From an uncultured bacterium (GTDB lineage: Bacteria > Bacteroidota > Bacteroidia > Sphingobacteriales > Sphingobacteriaceae), in assembly GCA_903958995.1 (NCBI GenBank), contig CAJBVG010000182.1, positions 1 through 33,542 of the forward strand: a stretch of 33,542 nucleotides of DNA, written 5' to 3'. Under the pieces are notes generated by a model that saw only the letters and a program-made list of their open reading frames with translations, had not been told where the DNA came from and did no database searches. Positions 26,001 through 33,542 of the stretch are shown piece after piece (position 1 is the stretch's first letter; each line of letters starts with the position of its first letter). A program made the translations under genes and the position numbers.

Positions 26001-28112
26001 CTATTTCGTCACTACAAAACGTCCATTATTCAACACACCTGCAGAAGCAGAAGAAATGCTGTAAATGTATGTTCCTTGTGATAAAGAAGAGATATCAATT
26101 TTAACTGTTCCTGTAGTTTCAGTTAATGTTGTAGTATTTACAACACGACCGAAAATATCATAAACAGTAAGCATTAAATCTGCAGAATTAACTGGCATGA
26201 TGTAATCTAAGTTCAAATTAGTAGTTGCAGGGTTTGGATAAACAACTGCTTTACCTTTATTAACGAATGATGATGTAATACCTAAAGCGGTATAAGTATC
26301 AAAATCATTATTGTTTCTTGGTAATAATTTCAAGTTACTGAATGAGTAAGTCATGATACCAGTTAACGAATTCATGCGATCACCTTTTTTAACAACGATG
26401 ATATCGATACCTGCATTTGGTGTCCATGAGCTATCATTCACATAAGAAACATTTAATGAAGAGAATGAAGTACTAGTTTGACGACCAGCAATGACACGGC
26501 AACCAGCACCAGCATCAGTAGTATCTTTTCCTACACGGTATTCAGCGAAATTACTTGGATCATCAGCATTTTGATTGATAATATATAAACCATTTGTTGG
26601 CATAAATTTAACAACCATACCTTCATAAGGCTCAGAACCTGTTGGGCTTTGGAAACGGAATGAATCTGCTTCAACTACTACTGGAGTAATTACACCTGAT
26701 CCATTTTTAGTAACTGAAGTAACACTTTCTAAACGTGTTAATCCGAAGTATTCTTTTACAGTACCAGTGATGGTAACTTTTTCGCCTGTTAATAATGTAG
26801 ATAAACCAGTTCCATTTGCTACGAAAATACCAGCATATGTACCTTGGTTTTCTTGTTGAATGTGAACATAACCTAAATCAGAAACTGAAGATGTAACCAC
26901 ACCAGTAACTGTTACTGCTTGATCAACAAATCCTGAGTTACCAGATTTGAATGGAGAATATTGAACATCATAAATAGTTAAACCATTATTTCTAACTACA
27001 TAGAATTTTGGATCTTCTGCAGGAACATTAGGAATACGACTAGTTAAATTTGCAGGAGATGCATCTTTAGCCATGATGTAATATTTCACTAAAGAACCAT
27101 CTGCTTGAGCAGCGATATTAGCTGTATATAAATTTCCATTTGCACTCATTGGAACAGCAATGTAACTATTGCTAGTTGCTCCAACAGCATAATATAATAC
27201 AGCAGTATCAACACCTTCTTGATCGGTGATGTTAGCTGAAATCATTACTGAGTTAGTGTTATTAGGCACAACGAAATTTCTTGTAATACCTGAAATTGAA
27301 GGTGCAGAAGCTCCCCAAACTACATCAGCAGGTTTAATAGGATGTAACTCATAACCTCTATTATTTTTAGAGTGTAATAAAACACCTTTGATAGAGTTGA
27401 TAAAGTCACCTACTACAGGAGGTACAAATGTTCCACCTGTTGCTGGTAAACGGAATGATGAGAAACGATCTGAAATATTCATTTTGTTTCCTGAAGCATC
27501 AATTACGTTGAAACTTACACGAGCACCATTAGAGAAATAATCAACTGAAGAAACTGTTAAATTACGTAGTTCTACATATTGACCTTCATACTGCTCACCA
27601 GTAGTAAGGATGTTATTTCTATTGATGTCGTTTAATTCTGCAGCAGTAACTAATTTTGCTTTAACAGTAATTCCACCACCTAATAATATAATAGGTGTAG
27701 CTGGATTTGTATTGTTAGGTACGAATTCAGTTTCACCTTGGAATTCTTCCACGTGACCAGTAATTTCTACAGAGTCACCTTCTACAAGTGATAAGATACC
27801 TGTACCACCATCACCCGGAGTTGTAGAACCTGGGAATGGTTGATAAACGTCAATTCCTGAGAAAGCCGAACCATCATTGGTTTGAATCCAAATTTGTTTA
27901 CCACCAACAATAGTAGATAAACCAGCATCCATAATTACAACACCACGAATACGAATAGTATCTGTAATGGCAAATGAAGACGCATCATTTCCTGCCGCTA
28001 AATCTTGTTGCGACACCGTTTGTACTTCTGTGATAGTTTTTAAAGGATATTGTGCATTTGCAGCAATAGCCATCACTAAGAAGCATGCTAATGAAAGTAA
28101 TTTTTTGTTCAT
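26001..28112 (-). CDS. Secreted T9SS substrate with duplicated OB-fold-like modules of the type found N-terminal to ExeM/NucH extracellular nucleases
   Basis: Signal peptide ...AIAANAQ. Module 1 is ITEVQ...IRIRGVVI...IWIQTNDG..SGIDVY...LVEGDSVEITGHVEEFQGETEF. Module 2 is IYDVQYS...VTVTGVVTS...VHIQQEN..AGIFVAN...LLTGEKVTITGTVKEYFGLTRL. T9SS tail VVYPNPATTNLNL...GTYIYSI. Confidence 0.65.
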   Translation of the reverse strand: MNKKLLSLACFLVMAIAANAQYPLKTITEVQTVSQQDLAAGNDASSFAITDTIRIRGVVIMDAGLSTIVGGKQIWIQTNDGSAFSGIDVYQPFPGSTTPGDGGTGILSLVEGDSVEITGHVEEFQGETEFVPNNTNPATPIILLGGGITVKAKLVTAAELNDINRNNILTTGEQYEGQYVELRNLTVSSVDYFSNGARVSFNVIDASGNKMNISDRFSSFRLPATGGTFVPPVVGDFINSIKGVLLHSKNNRGYELHPIKPADVVWGASAPSISGITRNFVVPNNTNSVMISANITDQEGVDTAVLYYAVGATSNSYIAVPMSANGNLYTANIAAQADGSLVKYYIMAKDASPANLTSRIPNVPAEDPKFYVVRNNGLTIYDVQYSPFKSGNSGFVDQAVTVTGVVTSSVSDLGYVHIQQENQGTYAGIFVANGTGLSTLLTGEKVTITGTVKEYFGLTRLESVTSVTKNGSGVITPVVVEADSFRFQSPTGSEPYEGMVVKFMPTNGLYIINQNADDPSNFAEYRVGKDTTDAGAGCRVIAGRQTSTSFSSLNVSYVNDSSWTPNAGIDIIVVKKGDRMNSLTGIMTYSFSNLKLLPRNNNDFDTYTALGITSSFVNKGKAVVYPNPATTNLNLDYIMPVNSADLMLTVYDIFGRVVNTTTLTETTGTVKIDISSLSQGTYIYSISSASAGVLNNGRFVVTK

Positions 28113-28151
28113 TTTATTTTTGTTTGTTTTTCTTTTGTTCGTTTTTTTTTC

Positions 28152-28276
28152 GTCGGAGTGTCCCTGTCTGCAACAGGCAGGCTCGCTTCGACATTAATCT
28201 TGTGTTCGTCGAAGCGTCCTCGCTTCGACATTAATTCATATAATCTGTCGGAGTGTCCTCACTCCGACGAACGGTT
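28152..28276. repeat. Cluster of three family-B REP-like hairpins
   Basis: The first is GTCGGAGTG..[CCTGTCTGCAACAGGCAGG]..CTCGCTTCGAC (28152-28192). The second is GTCGAAGCG-tcct-CGCTTCGAC (28208-28229, an inverted copy of 947-968). The third is GTCGGAGTG-tcct-CACTCCGAC + GAACGGTT (28247-28276). The first two are each followed by ATTAAT. Confidence 0.85.
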
Positions 28277-28284
28277 CAATAATT

Positions 28285-30399
28285 CTATTTTATTAAGGCA
28301 AATTTACCTTTGTATGTTTTTCCAGTTTTAGTATCCTTCACGGAGAACAAATAAGTTCCTCGTGCAATAATTTGATTGTCTTTTGATAATAAATCCCATG
28401 CGTGTTCTCCGCCTGAGAACTTTGTTTGTGTTGGGTCTGAGTACGTACTCATCCAACGAATATCATCTCCAGTATAAGATTCATTATGGGTAAATTCATC
28501 TACTAAATCTCCTGCTGATGAATAAATTTTCACTTGGCAGTTTGATGGTAAATTCGCGAAGTATATTTTTTTATCTTCTGGATTTTTACTCAACCCTTCC
28601 CAAGCCGCTACACCGTAGTATGGATTAGGATACACAAATGGGTCACCATTTTTAAAATCATCATTCGCAGGCATTCCTGGGAACACTCGTTTTAAACTTG
28701 GAGTGGTACTTGATTCTAATGATTGTAAATTATTGATAGCATCACCTTGATCAAATGAAGTAATGGCGATAGCATGTTGCCAACCGTTTTGAATATTTTC
28801 AAAAGTGTACTTGTAGAAATAATAAATGGTATCACCTTGTGAATCTAATTCGCCAAACGTTACTGAATCGGTAAGTTGTATCGCTCCAAAACTTGTATTA
28901 CTAAACAAGTTGTTATCGTTACGGTCAAATTCCGCTACCAGCTTTAACGACTTCACAATATCTTGTGTACCGGTAACATCAAAACCTACAGTTGTTTTAT
29001 ATAAACGATAACCTTCAAAATCTTTCTTCTTCGATATTGGATCTACAGATGATTCCGAATTTTTAGACCAATACAATTCAATTTTATTTTCTGACGCAAT
29101 TACTTTTGCACGTGGAATATTTGGTGGCGATGGCAATACAAAACGAGTAATTTTACCATCTTCATCTCTATCCTCTCCTGGATCTAAGATACCATTGAAG
29201 TTTGCGTCTTCTCCATTATATGCAGTTTGCGCAAACAATGAGTTTTGAACTAGTACTCCTTTTTGTACATCATTATCAGCCGAGTTTGGATTCCCATCTT
29301 CTACTTTTTTAGCACATACTAAGGAGAATGAAACATTGATACTTTCCCCTGGTGCTACACGTCTAAACGGACCAACCGACATTAAGTGTGAGCGGTTATT
29401 GGCTTGACGTAAGGTTGGACGAATAATCGTTTCCCAATCGGTACGAGAATTTAAACCTGCAGACATTTTACCATATTTCTGATTATCGTCGCCCGGAGAA
29501 AAATACAAGGGGTCGGCAGAATTTTGAAATTGCCAAGCATTATAATGAGCAAAGAAATTATTTCTAACTAAGGGATGAGCCAATCCATCTTTATCAATTG
29601 CTCCTAGGAATTTCAATCCAACATAACTTTCGGTAAATCCTAAGTCACCATTGGCATCTAACTCATAAGCGATGAATAAAGAATCTAAATATCCATTTCC
29701 ACCCTTATTGAAAAATGCTCCTCCACCGGGAGTAGTTACGTTTACATTTCTAACTACACCATCTTTCCAATACCCAACAAATACAGAGTCCCAAGTATTG
29801 GTGCTGTTATTGGTAATCACATAATTTAAGATAACGAAGTAATTCGCAAAGTTGAAATTATAATTATACGATTCGAAATGAACATCTGCACCTAATGGAA
29901 ATAAGTGATTGTTGATTTGAATATTTGTACCCGGTACGGTTGTGTTTTTATCTGTAAAGTCTGAAACAAAATCTTGATGCGAAATCGCACTTGTTTGATA
30001 TAATGGATTATCAATTAAACTTGAACGCTCTAGCATTTTTGAACCTAGATTAGCAGTGAACTCGAAGTTTTGCTTCCCTGTTGTATAACCACTAGCGTCA
30101 TCTATAGCACCAGTACTTACTGCTACTTGAGAACCATTGATGTATCCACCAATCCACAATCCTCCTTGAAATAAATGCTCAATTCCAGATCCTGCAGGAA
30201 ACTCACATGATGAATAATTCAAAACATTGTAAGAACCACGGAATGCATTTCCGATCATCCCTAAATTATTTATCGTCATTCGAATATTTCCAGCGGTTGT
30301 TTGCTTCTCTTCGAATGATGCTTGCGCTTTTACTTCCACTGTTTTCGTTACCGCGAACAATGATAGCATCAATGCAACAATATATTTTTTATTACTCAT
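28285..30399 (-). CDS. Large secreted protein of unknown function with an acidic Ca-binding-like loop and a T9SS/FlgD-Ig-like C-terminal domain
   Basis: Signal peptide ...VEVKAQ. Contains NGEDANFNGILDPGEDRDEDGKI. C-terminus FVYPNPYYG...VKIYSSAGDLV...GTYLFSVKD...GKFALIK. The start lies 1 nt from the upstream stop. Confidence 0.6.
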   Translation of the reverse strand: MSNKKYIVALMLSLFAVTKTVEVKAQASFEEKQTTAGNIRMTINNLGMIGNAFRGSYNVLNYSSCEFPAGSGIEHLFQGGLWIGGYINGSQVAVSTGAIDDASGYTTGKQNFEFTANLGSKMLERSSLIDNPLYQTSAISHQDFVSDFTDKNTTVPGTNIQINNHLFPLGADVHFESYNYNFNFANYFVILNYVITNNSTNTWDSVFVGYWKDGVVRNVNVTTPGGGAFFNKGGNGYLDSLFIAYELDANGDLGFTESYVGLKFLGAIDKDGLAHPLVRNNFFAHYNAWQFQNSADPLYFSPGDDNQKYGKMSAGLNSRTDWETIIRPTLRQANNRSHLMSVGPFRRVAPGESINVSFSLVCAKKVEDGNPNSADNDVQKGVLVQNSLFAQTAYNGEDANFNGILDPGEDRDEDGKITRFVLPSPPNIPRAKVIASENKIELYWSKNSESSVDPISKKKDFEGYRLYKTTVGFDVTGTQDIVKSLKLVAEFDRNDNNLFSNTSFGAIQLTDSVTFGELDSQGDTIYYFYKYTFENIQNGWQHAIAITSFDQGDAINNLQSLESSTTPSLKRVFPGMPANDDFKNGDPFVYPNPYYGVAAWEGLSKNPEDKKIYFANLPSNCQVKIYSSAGDLVDEFTHNESYTGDDIRWMSTYSDPTQTKFSGGEHAWDLLSKDNQIIARGTYLFSVKDTKTGKTYKGKFALIK

Positions 30400-30400
30400 G

Positions 30401-31696
30401 TTATTTCTTCAATAGTTTACGTTGTATTACCCAACCATTTTCATTACGGATTTTCAAGATATAAACTCCTTGATTCAAGTCGAATGGTAATGTATAATGC
30501 AAATCATTTTCTGTGAATAGATGATTAAATTTCAACAGACGTTTTGCATTAATATCGAATAATTCAAAACTGATATTTTTAGAAAGCAATGCTGCTGAAA
30601 CGTGTATGTTCAACTCATTACTAATTGGGTTTTGTAAATAAATTTGATTTTCGAAATTTTTCAACTCTTGTGAAACGCTTTGTGGTAAAGGTTTCTTCGG
30701 TGTAAACACAAAATCTGCGCGGATAGGAATGTGGTCCGACATGTTGTATAAAGCACCTAATACATCTGTTGGCACTGAAGTATTTGTTGGTGCGGCATTA
30801 ATCGCTAAATTAAAATGCTGCCCATCATTTCCAACTGGAATGTATGTACTTGGTAGTATTCTCATATTTGCCGAATCCGAAATTAATGATTTTGAACAAA
30901 GCATAATATCAAATCGATCATCCATACCTCCACTAGAAAATCCGCCTGTTTGTGTAGTATGGGTAGATTGAGTATGGATATTCGAATAAGCTGAATTATT
31001 ATTCCAAGTGCCTACCTTATTCAATGGATCTTTTAACTTATTTAAACTATCCGTGTTCGTGGTTAATTGATAAAACGCTGCTTCTGTATTGGTGTAAACG
31101 TTAAAATCGCCCATCACCATAATATTCTTGCTTTTGCCGAACGCATTAATGTAATTTACTATTTGAATAGCTTCATTACCTCGCGTTGCTTCATCACTAG
31201 ACGTATTCCCTGCTTTAAAGTGAAGAACAAGCACCGTAAAAAAAATAGTATCTCCAGTTTTCACACTATTAGAATCAACATACATGAAATTAAACCCAGT
31301 AATTTCTCGCTGAACTGTACTTACTGTATCCTGACTTAATAATTTTAATTTAGTAGAATTATAGAAAATCGTATTGGTTAATGATTTATCGACACCTGCC
31401 TTAGATAAGGCTCCTCTTCTCCATGAGGTAACTCCATTAATATTAAGTGCTCCAGTTAATACGTTTTGAGCATAATCTGCTGTAGCCGATAATTCATTTA
31501 CACCTATTACATCAGGCTGAACATAGGTTACAATTGTATTTAACAATGGGTTTTTAAAGCTTGGCTCTTTGCCGCTTTCCCCATAACGAAATAAGTTGTA
31601 TTGCATCACTCTCAAGGTATCTTGAGAAAACGCAGTTAACTGCATAAAAACAGTCAACAATACAAACACGAGCAATACTCTTTTCTTGTTCTCCAT
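30401..31696 (-). CDS. Secreted endonuclease/exonuclease/phosphatase (EEP) family enzyme with a T9SS C-terminal domain
   Basis: EEP motifs in the correct order: MQYNL, GVNE, MGDFN, DDRFD, SDHIP. C-terminal domain ...GVYILKIRNENGWVIQRKLLKK. Confidence 0.8.
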   Translation of the reverse strand: MENKKRVLLVFVLLTVFMQLTAFSQDTLRVMQYNLFRYGESGKEPSFKNPLLNTIVTYVQPDVIGVNELSATADYAQNVLTGALNINGVTSWRRGALSKAGVDKSLTNTIFYNSTKLKLLSQDTVSTVQREITGFNFMYVDSNSVKTGDTIFFTVLVLHFKAGNTSSDEATRGNEAIQIVNYINAFGKSKNIMVMGDFNVYTNTEAAFYQLTTNTDSLNKLKDPLNKVGTWNNNSAYSNIHTQSTHTTQTGGFSSGGMDDRFDIMLCSKSLISDSANMRILPSTYIPVGNDGQHFNLAINAAPTNTSVPTDVLGALYNMSDHIPIRADFVFTPKKPLPQSVSQELKNFENQIYLQNPISNELNIHVSAALLSKNISFELFDINAKRLLKFNHLFTENDLHYTLPFDLNQGVYILKIRNENGWVIQRKLLKK

Positions 31697-31716
31697 TATT
31701 TAGGTAAAATAGCTAA

Positions 31717-31724
31717 CAAATGTA
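31717..31724 (-). promoter_or_regulatory. Candidate -7 box (TACATTTG on the minus strand) for the EEP-led operon
   Basis: Matches TAnnTTTG, 20 nt upstream of ATG 31696. Confidence 0.35.
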
Positions 31725-31778
31725 AAAATATTATTCCGCTCCTTTATTAAGGAAATATTAACATTTTTAGGGAATTAA

Positions 31779-32000
31779 CTAAAATTTAGCACAAGGTATT
31801 GGGCGACGGTTGTATTTGGAATGCGAGCCAAATTTTAAGCCTCCGTTAAATTCGTAAATGACTGATATTTCGTGACTTCCAGAAGTTTTTTGGAATAATC
31901 CAGAAGTAGTTATATCATATGAATAGCCGATTCTTAATGGTTTATCTTCCAAAGCGTAACCTAAAAGGATTACAAAGGCATCGTTATTAACATTTTTCAA
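31779..32000 (-). pseudogene. C-terminal remnant of a PorP/SprF-family T9SS membrane protein
   Basis: The 73 codons end ...GYSYDITTSGL...SGSHEISVIYEF...RRPIPCAKF, which matches my recollection of the family C-terminus. There is no ATG (TTG only). The roughly 250 N-terminal residues are missing because the gpsA stop lies 20 nt upstream. Confidence 0.55.
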
Positions 32001-32019
32001 GGTGAAACTACTTATACAA

Positions 32020-33027
32020 CTAGGTAAGCTTTTCTGATAATAATTTCATTTCGATAAGCGGAGAGATATTTTCGTATAGAATTCCATATACCGTGCGGCA
32101 AATCGGAATATTAGCTTTTAATTGTTTGTTGATTTCATGAATACACTTCACCGCATAATAGCCTTCAGCAATCATGCCCATTTCAAACTGAGCCGACTTT
32201 ACCGAATACCCCTTACCAATCATATTTCCGAAGGTTCTATTCCTACTGAACTGGGAGTATGCTGTAACTAGGAGGTCTCCTAAATAGGCTGACTCTTTAA
32301 TATCTCTATTGATAGGATGTACAGCAGCTAAAAAGGCGTCCATTTCTCTGCTAGCATTGGAGATGAGTACAGCTTGAAAGTTATCACCATAGTGTAAGCC
32401 ATGGCAAATACCTGAAGCTATGGCATAAATATTTTTAAGCACTGCTGCGTATTCAGTTCCATAAATATCATCACTTGTAATGGTTTTTATGTAACGTGTA
32501 TTTAGCATACTCGCGAACGTTTCTGCATTTTCTTGATTCTCACAAGCAATAGTTAAGTAAGATAACTTTTCTAAGGCTACTTCTTCTGCGTGACAAGGAC
32601 CTGAAATGACTAAAATTTGATCAATTGGAACTTGGTATATTTCCCTGAAATAATCACCAATAATTAAGTTGTATTCAGGTACAATTCCTTTAATTGCCGA
32701 TACTATGTATTTCGATTTAAAAACTTCAGGATTTACCGCAGAGAGTGTTGTATGTAAAAACGCTGCAGGTACAGCAAATATTAGGCAATCCACCTCGTCT
32801 ATCACTTTGTTTAAATCAGAACTCACATGGTCTGGATTGATTTTTATTTCTGCAGAACGAAGGTAATTTAAATTATGCCCGTATTTACGAATATTGTCTA
32901 TCGCTAATTCATCACGCATCCACCAACGTACTTCATGTTTTGCATCACATAACATCTTTACAATTGCTGTAGCCCAACTCCCACCACCAATCACTGCTAC
33001 TCTAGAATTCGCGATTAACTTATCCAT
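32020..33027 (-). CDS. gpsA: NAD(P)H-dependent glycerol-3-phosphate dehydrogenase
   Basis: The VAVIGGGSWATA Rossmann motif, with full-length GpsA-like sequence. Confidence 0.92.
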   Translation of the reverse strand: MDKLIANSRVAVIGGGSWATAIVKMLCDAKHEVRWWMRDELAIDNIRKYGHNLNYLRSAEIKINPDHVSSDLNKVIDEVDCLIFAVPAAFLHTTLSAVNPEVFKSKYIVSAIKGIVPEYNLIIGDYFREIYQVPIDQILVISGPCHAEEVALEKLSYLTIACENQENAETFASMLNTRYIKTITSDDIYGTEYAAVLKNIYAIASGICHGLHYGDNFQAVLISNASREMDAFLAAVHPINRDIKESAYLGDLLVTAYSQFSRNRTFGNMIGKGYSVKSAQFEMGMIAEGYYAVKCIHEINKQLKANIPICRTVYGILYENISPLIEMKLLSEKLT

Positions 33028-33053
33028 GTCCTTTTGTTTAGTTGAACAAATAT

Positions 33054-33133
33054 ATAATAATATGTTAATGGGATAATATGTTAATGTGTTAATGGGATAA
33101 TATGTTAATGTGCCAATGAGCTAATGTGCTAAT
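33054..33133. repeat. 8-nt array NNNNTAAT x 10 (ATGTTAAT/GGGATAAT), the reverse complement of the ATTAACAT/ATTATCCC family
   Basis: ataataat|atgttaat|gggataat|atgttaat|gtgttaat|gggataat|atgttaat|gtgccaat|gagctaat|gtgctaat. Confidence 0.95.
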
Positions 33134-33258
33134 GCTTGATTTGGTGAAAAGGATGTTTAAATGGGATGATAGGCAAGTATTTAAGTATGATTTGAGTCAT
33201 AAACAAACCAATCACATTATTTTCAACTTTGTGTCATCAAACAAAACAATAACAAATT

Positions 33259-33542
33259 ATGAGAAAAATATTCACGCTAATTGCGATGTCCTTAGTGATT
33301 GCTTCTTGTGGAGGAAGCAGTAACCCAACTGAAGCCACAGAAAACGAATCAAACAATGAATCATCAGAAAATAAAGATGTTTCTGACTATGATCCAAAAC
33401 GTGGTGAAGGTAAATTTTCAAGTGTAGAATTGTCAGCAACTTTAGACCAAACAATGGCTACTGATGGTGAAGCCGTGTATGGTGTAAAATGTTCATCATG
33501 CCATAAAACTACAGCTGAAAAGCTAGTAGGACCAGGTTGGGA
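33259..33542 (+). CDS. c-type cytochrome lipoprotein (3' end beyond the window)
   Basis: Lipobox LVIASC and heme-binding motif CSSCH. The ORF is open to the window edge. Confidence 0.75.
   Translation, partial: MRKIFTLIAMSLVIASCGGSSNPTEATENESNNESSENKDVSDYDPKRGEGKFSSVELSATLDQTMATDGEAVYGVKCSSCHKTTAEKLVGPGW

Noticed and set aside
33126-33454. Two short ORFs (65 aa on the plus strand, 60 aa on the minus strand)
   Set aside because: One starts inside the octamer array and has no motifs. The other is antisense to the cytochrome c ORF, which carries a lipobox and a CXXCH motif.

Overview
This is an AT-rich chromosomal segment from a Bacteroidota organism. The phylum call rests on multiple T9SS C-terminal sorting domains, a PorV/PorQ-family gene, a PorP/SprF remnant, a GxxExxY gene and TAnnTTTG-type promoter boxes; I cannot name a species. 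Positions 1-17.7 kb and 32-33.5 kb hold housekeeping genes: ftsB-like, fabG, sucD, truA, an MsbA-like ABC exporter, eno, carA, panB, an RluA-family synthase, gpsA and a partial cytochrome c. Interspersed are secreted T9SS proteins and one RAYT (IS200-like Y1 transposase) flanked by its own inverted REP arrays. Positions 17.8-31.7 kb form a minus-strand surface and secretion block. It contains an EEP-family nuclease/phosphatase, a 704-aa orphan protein and an OB-fold-repeat protein, all with T9SS tails. It also contains two lipoproteins, a GxxExxY gene and a translationally coupled set of TonB-dependent-receptor-like barrel, PorV/PorQ-like barrel and NHL lipoprotein. The most unusual signal is non-coding. 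Most housekeeping spacers are filled, often exactly from stop or start codon to the next, by degenerate tandem arrays of 7- or 8-nt words that keep one phase while the word drifts. Many of these arrays are organised as inverted arms, and several word families recur at distant loci (ATTAACAY at four loci). A second layer consists of GC-rich palindromic REP-like hairpin families at gene 3' ends, including apparent hairpin-in-hairpin nesting. I found no rRNA, tRNA, CRISPR or recognisable defence genes. All protein calls come from motif recognition by eye, not database searches.
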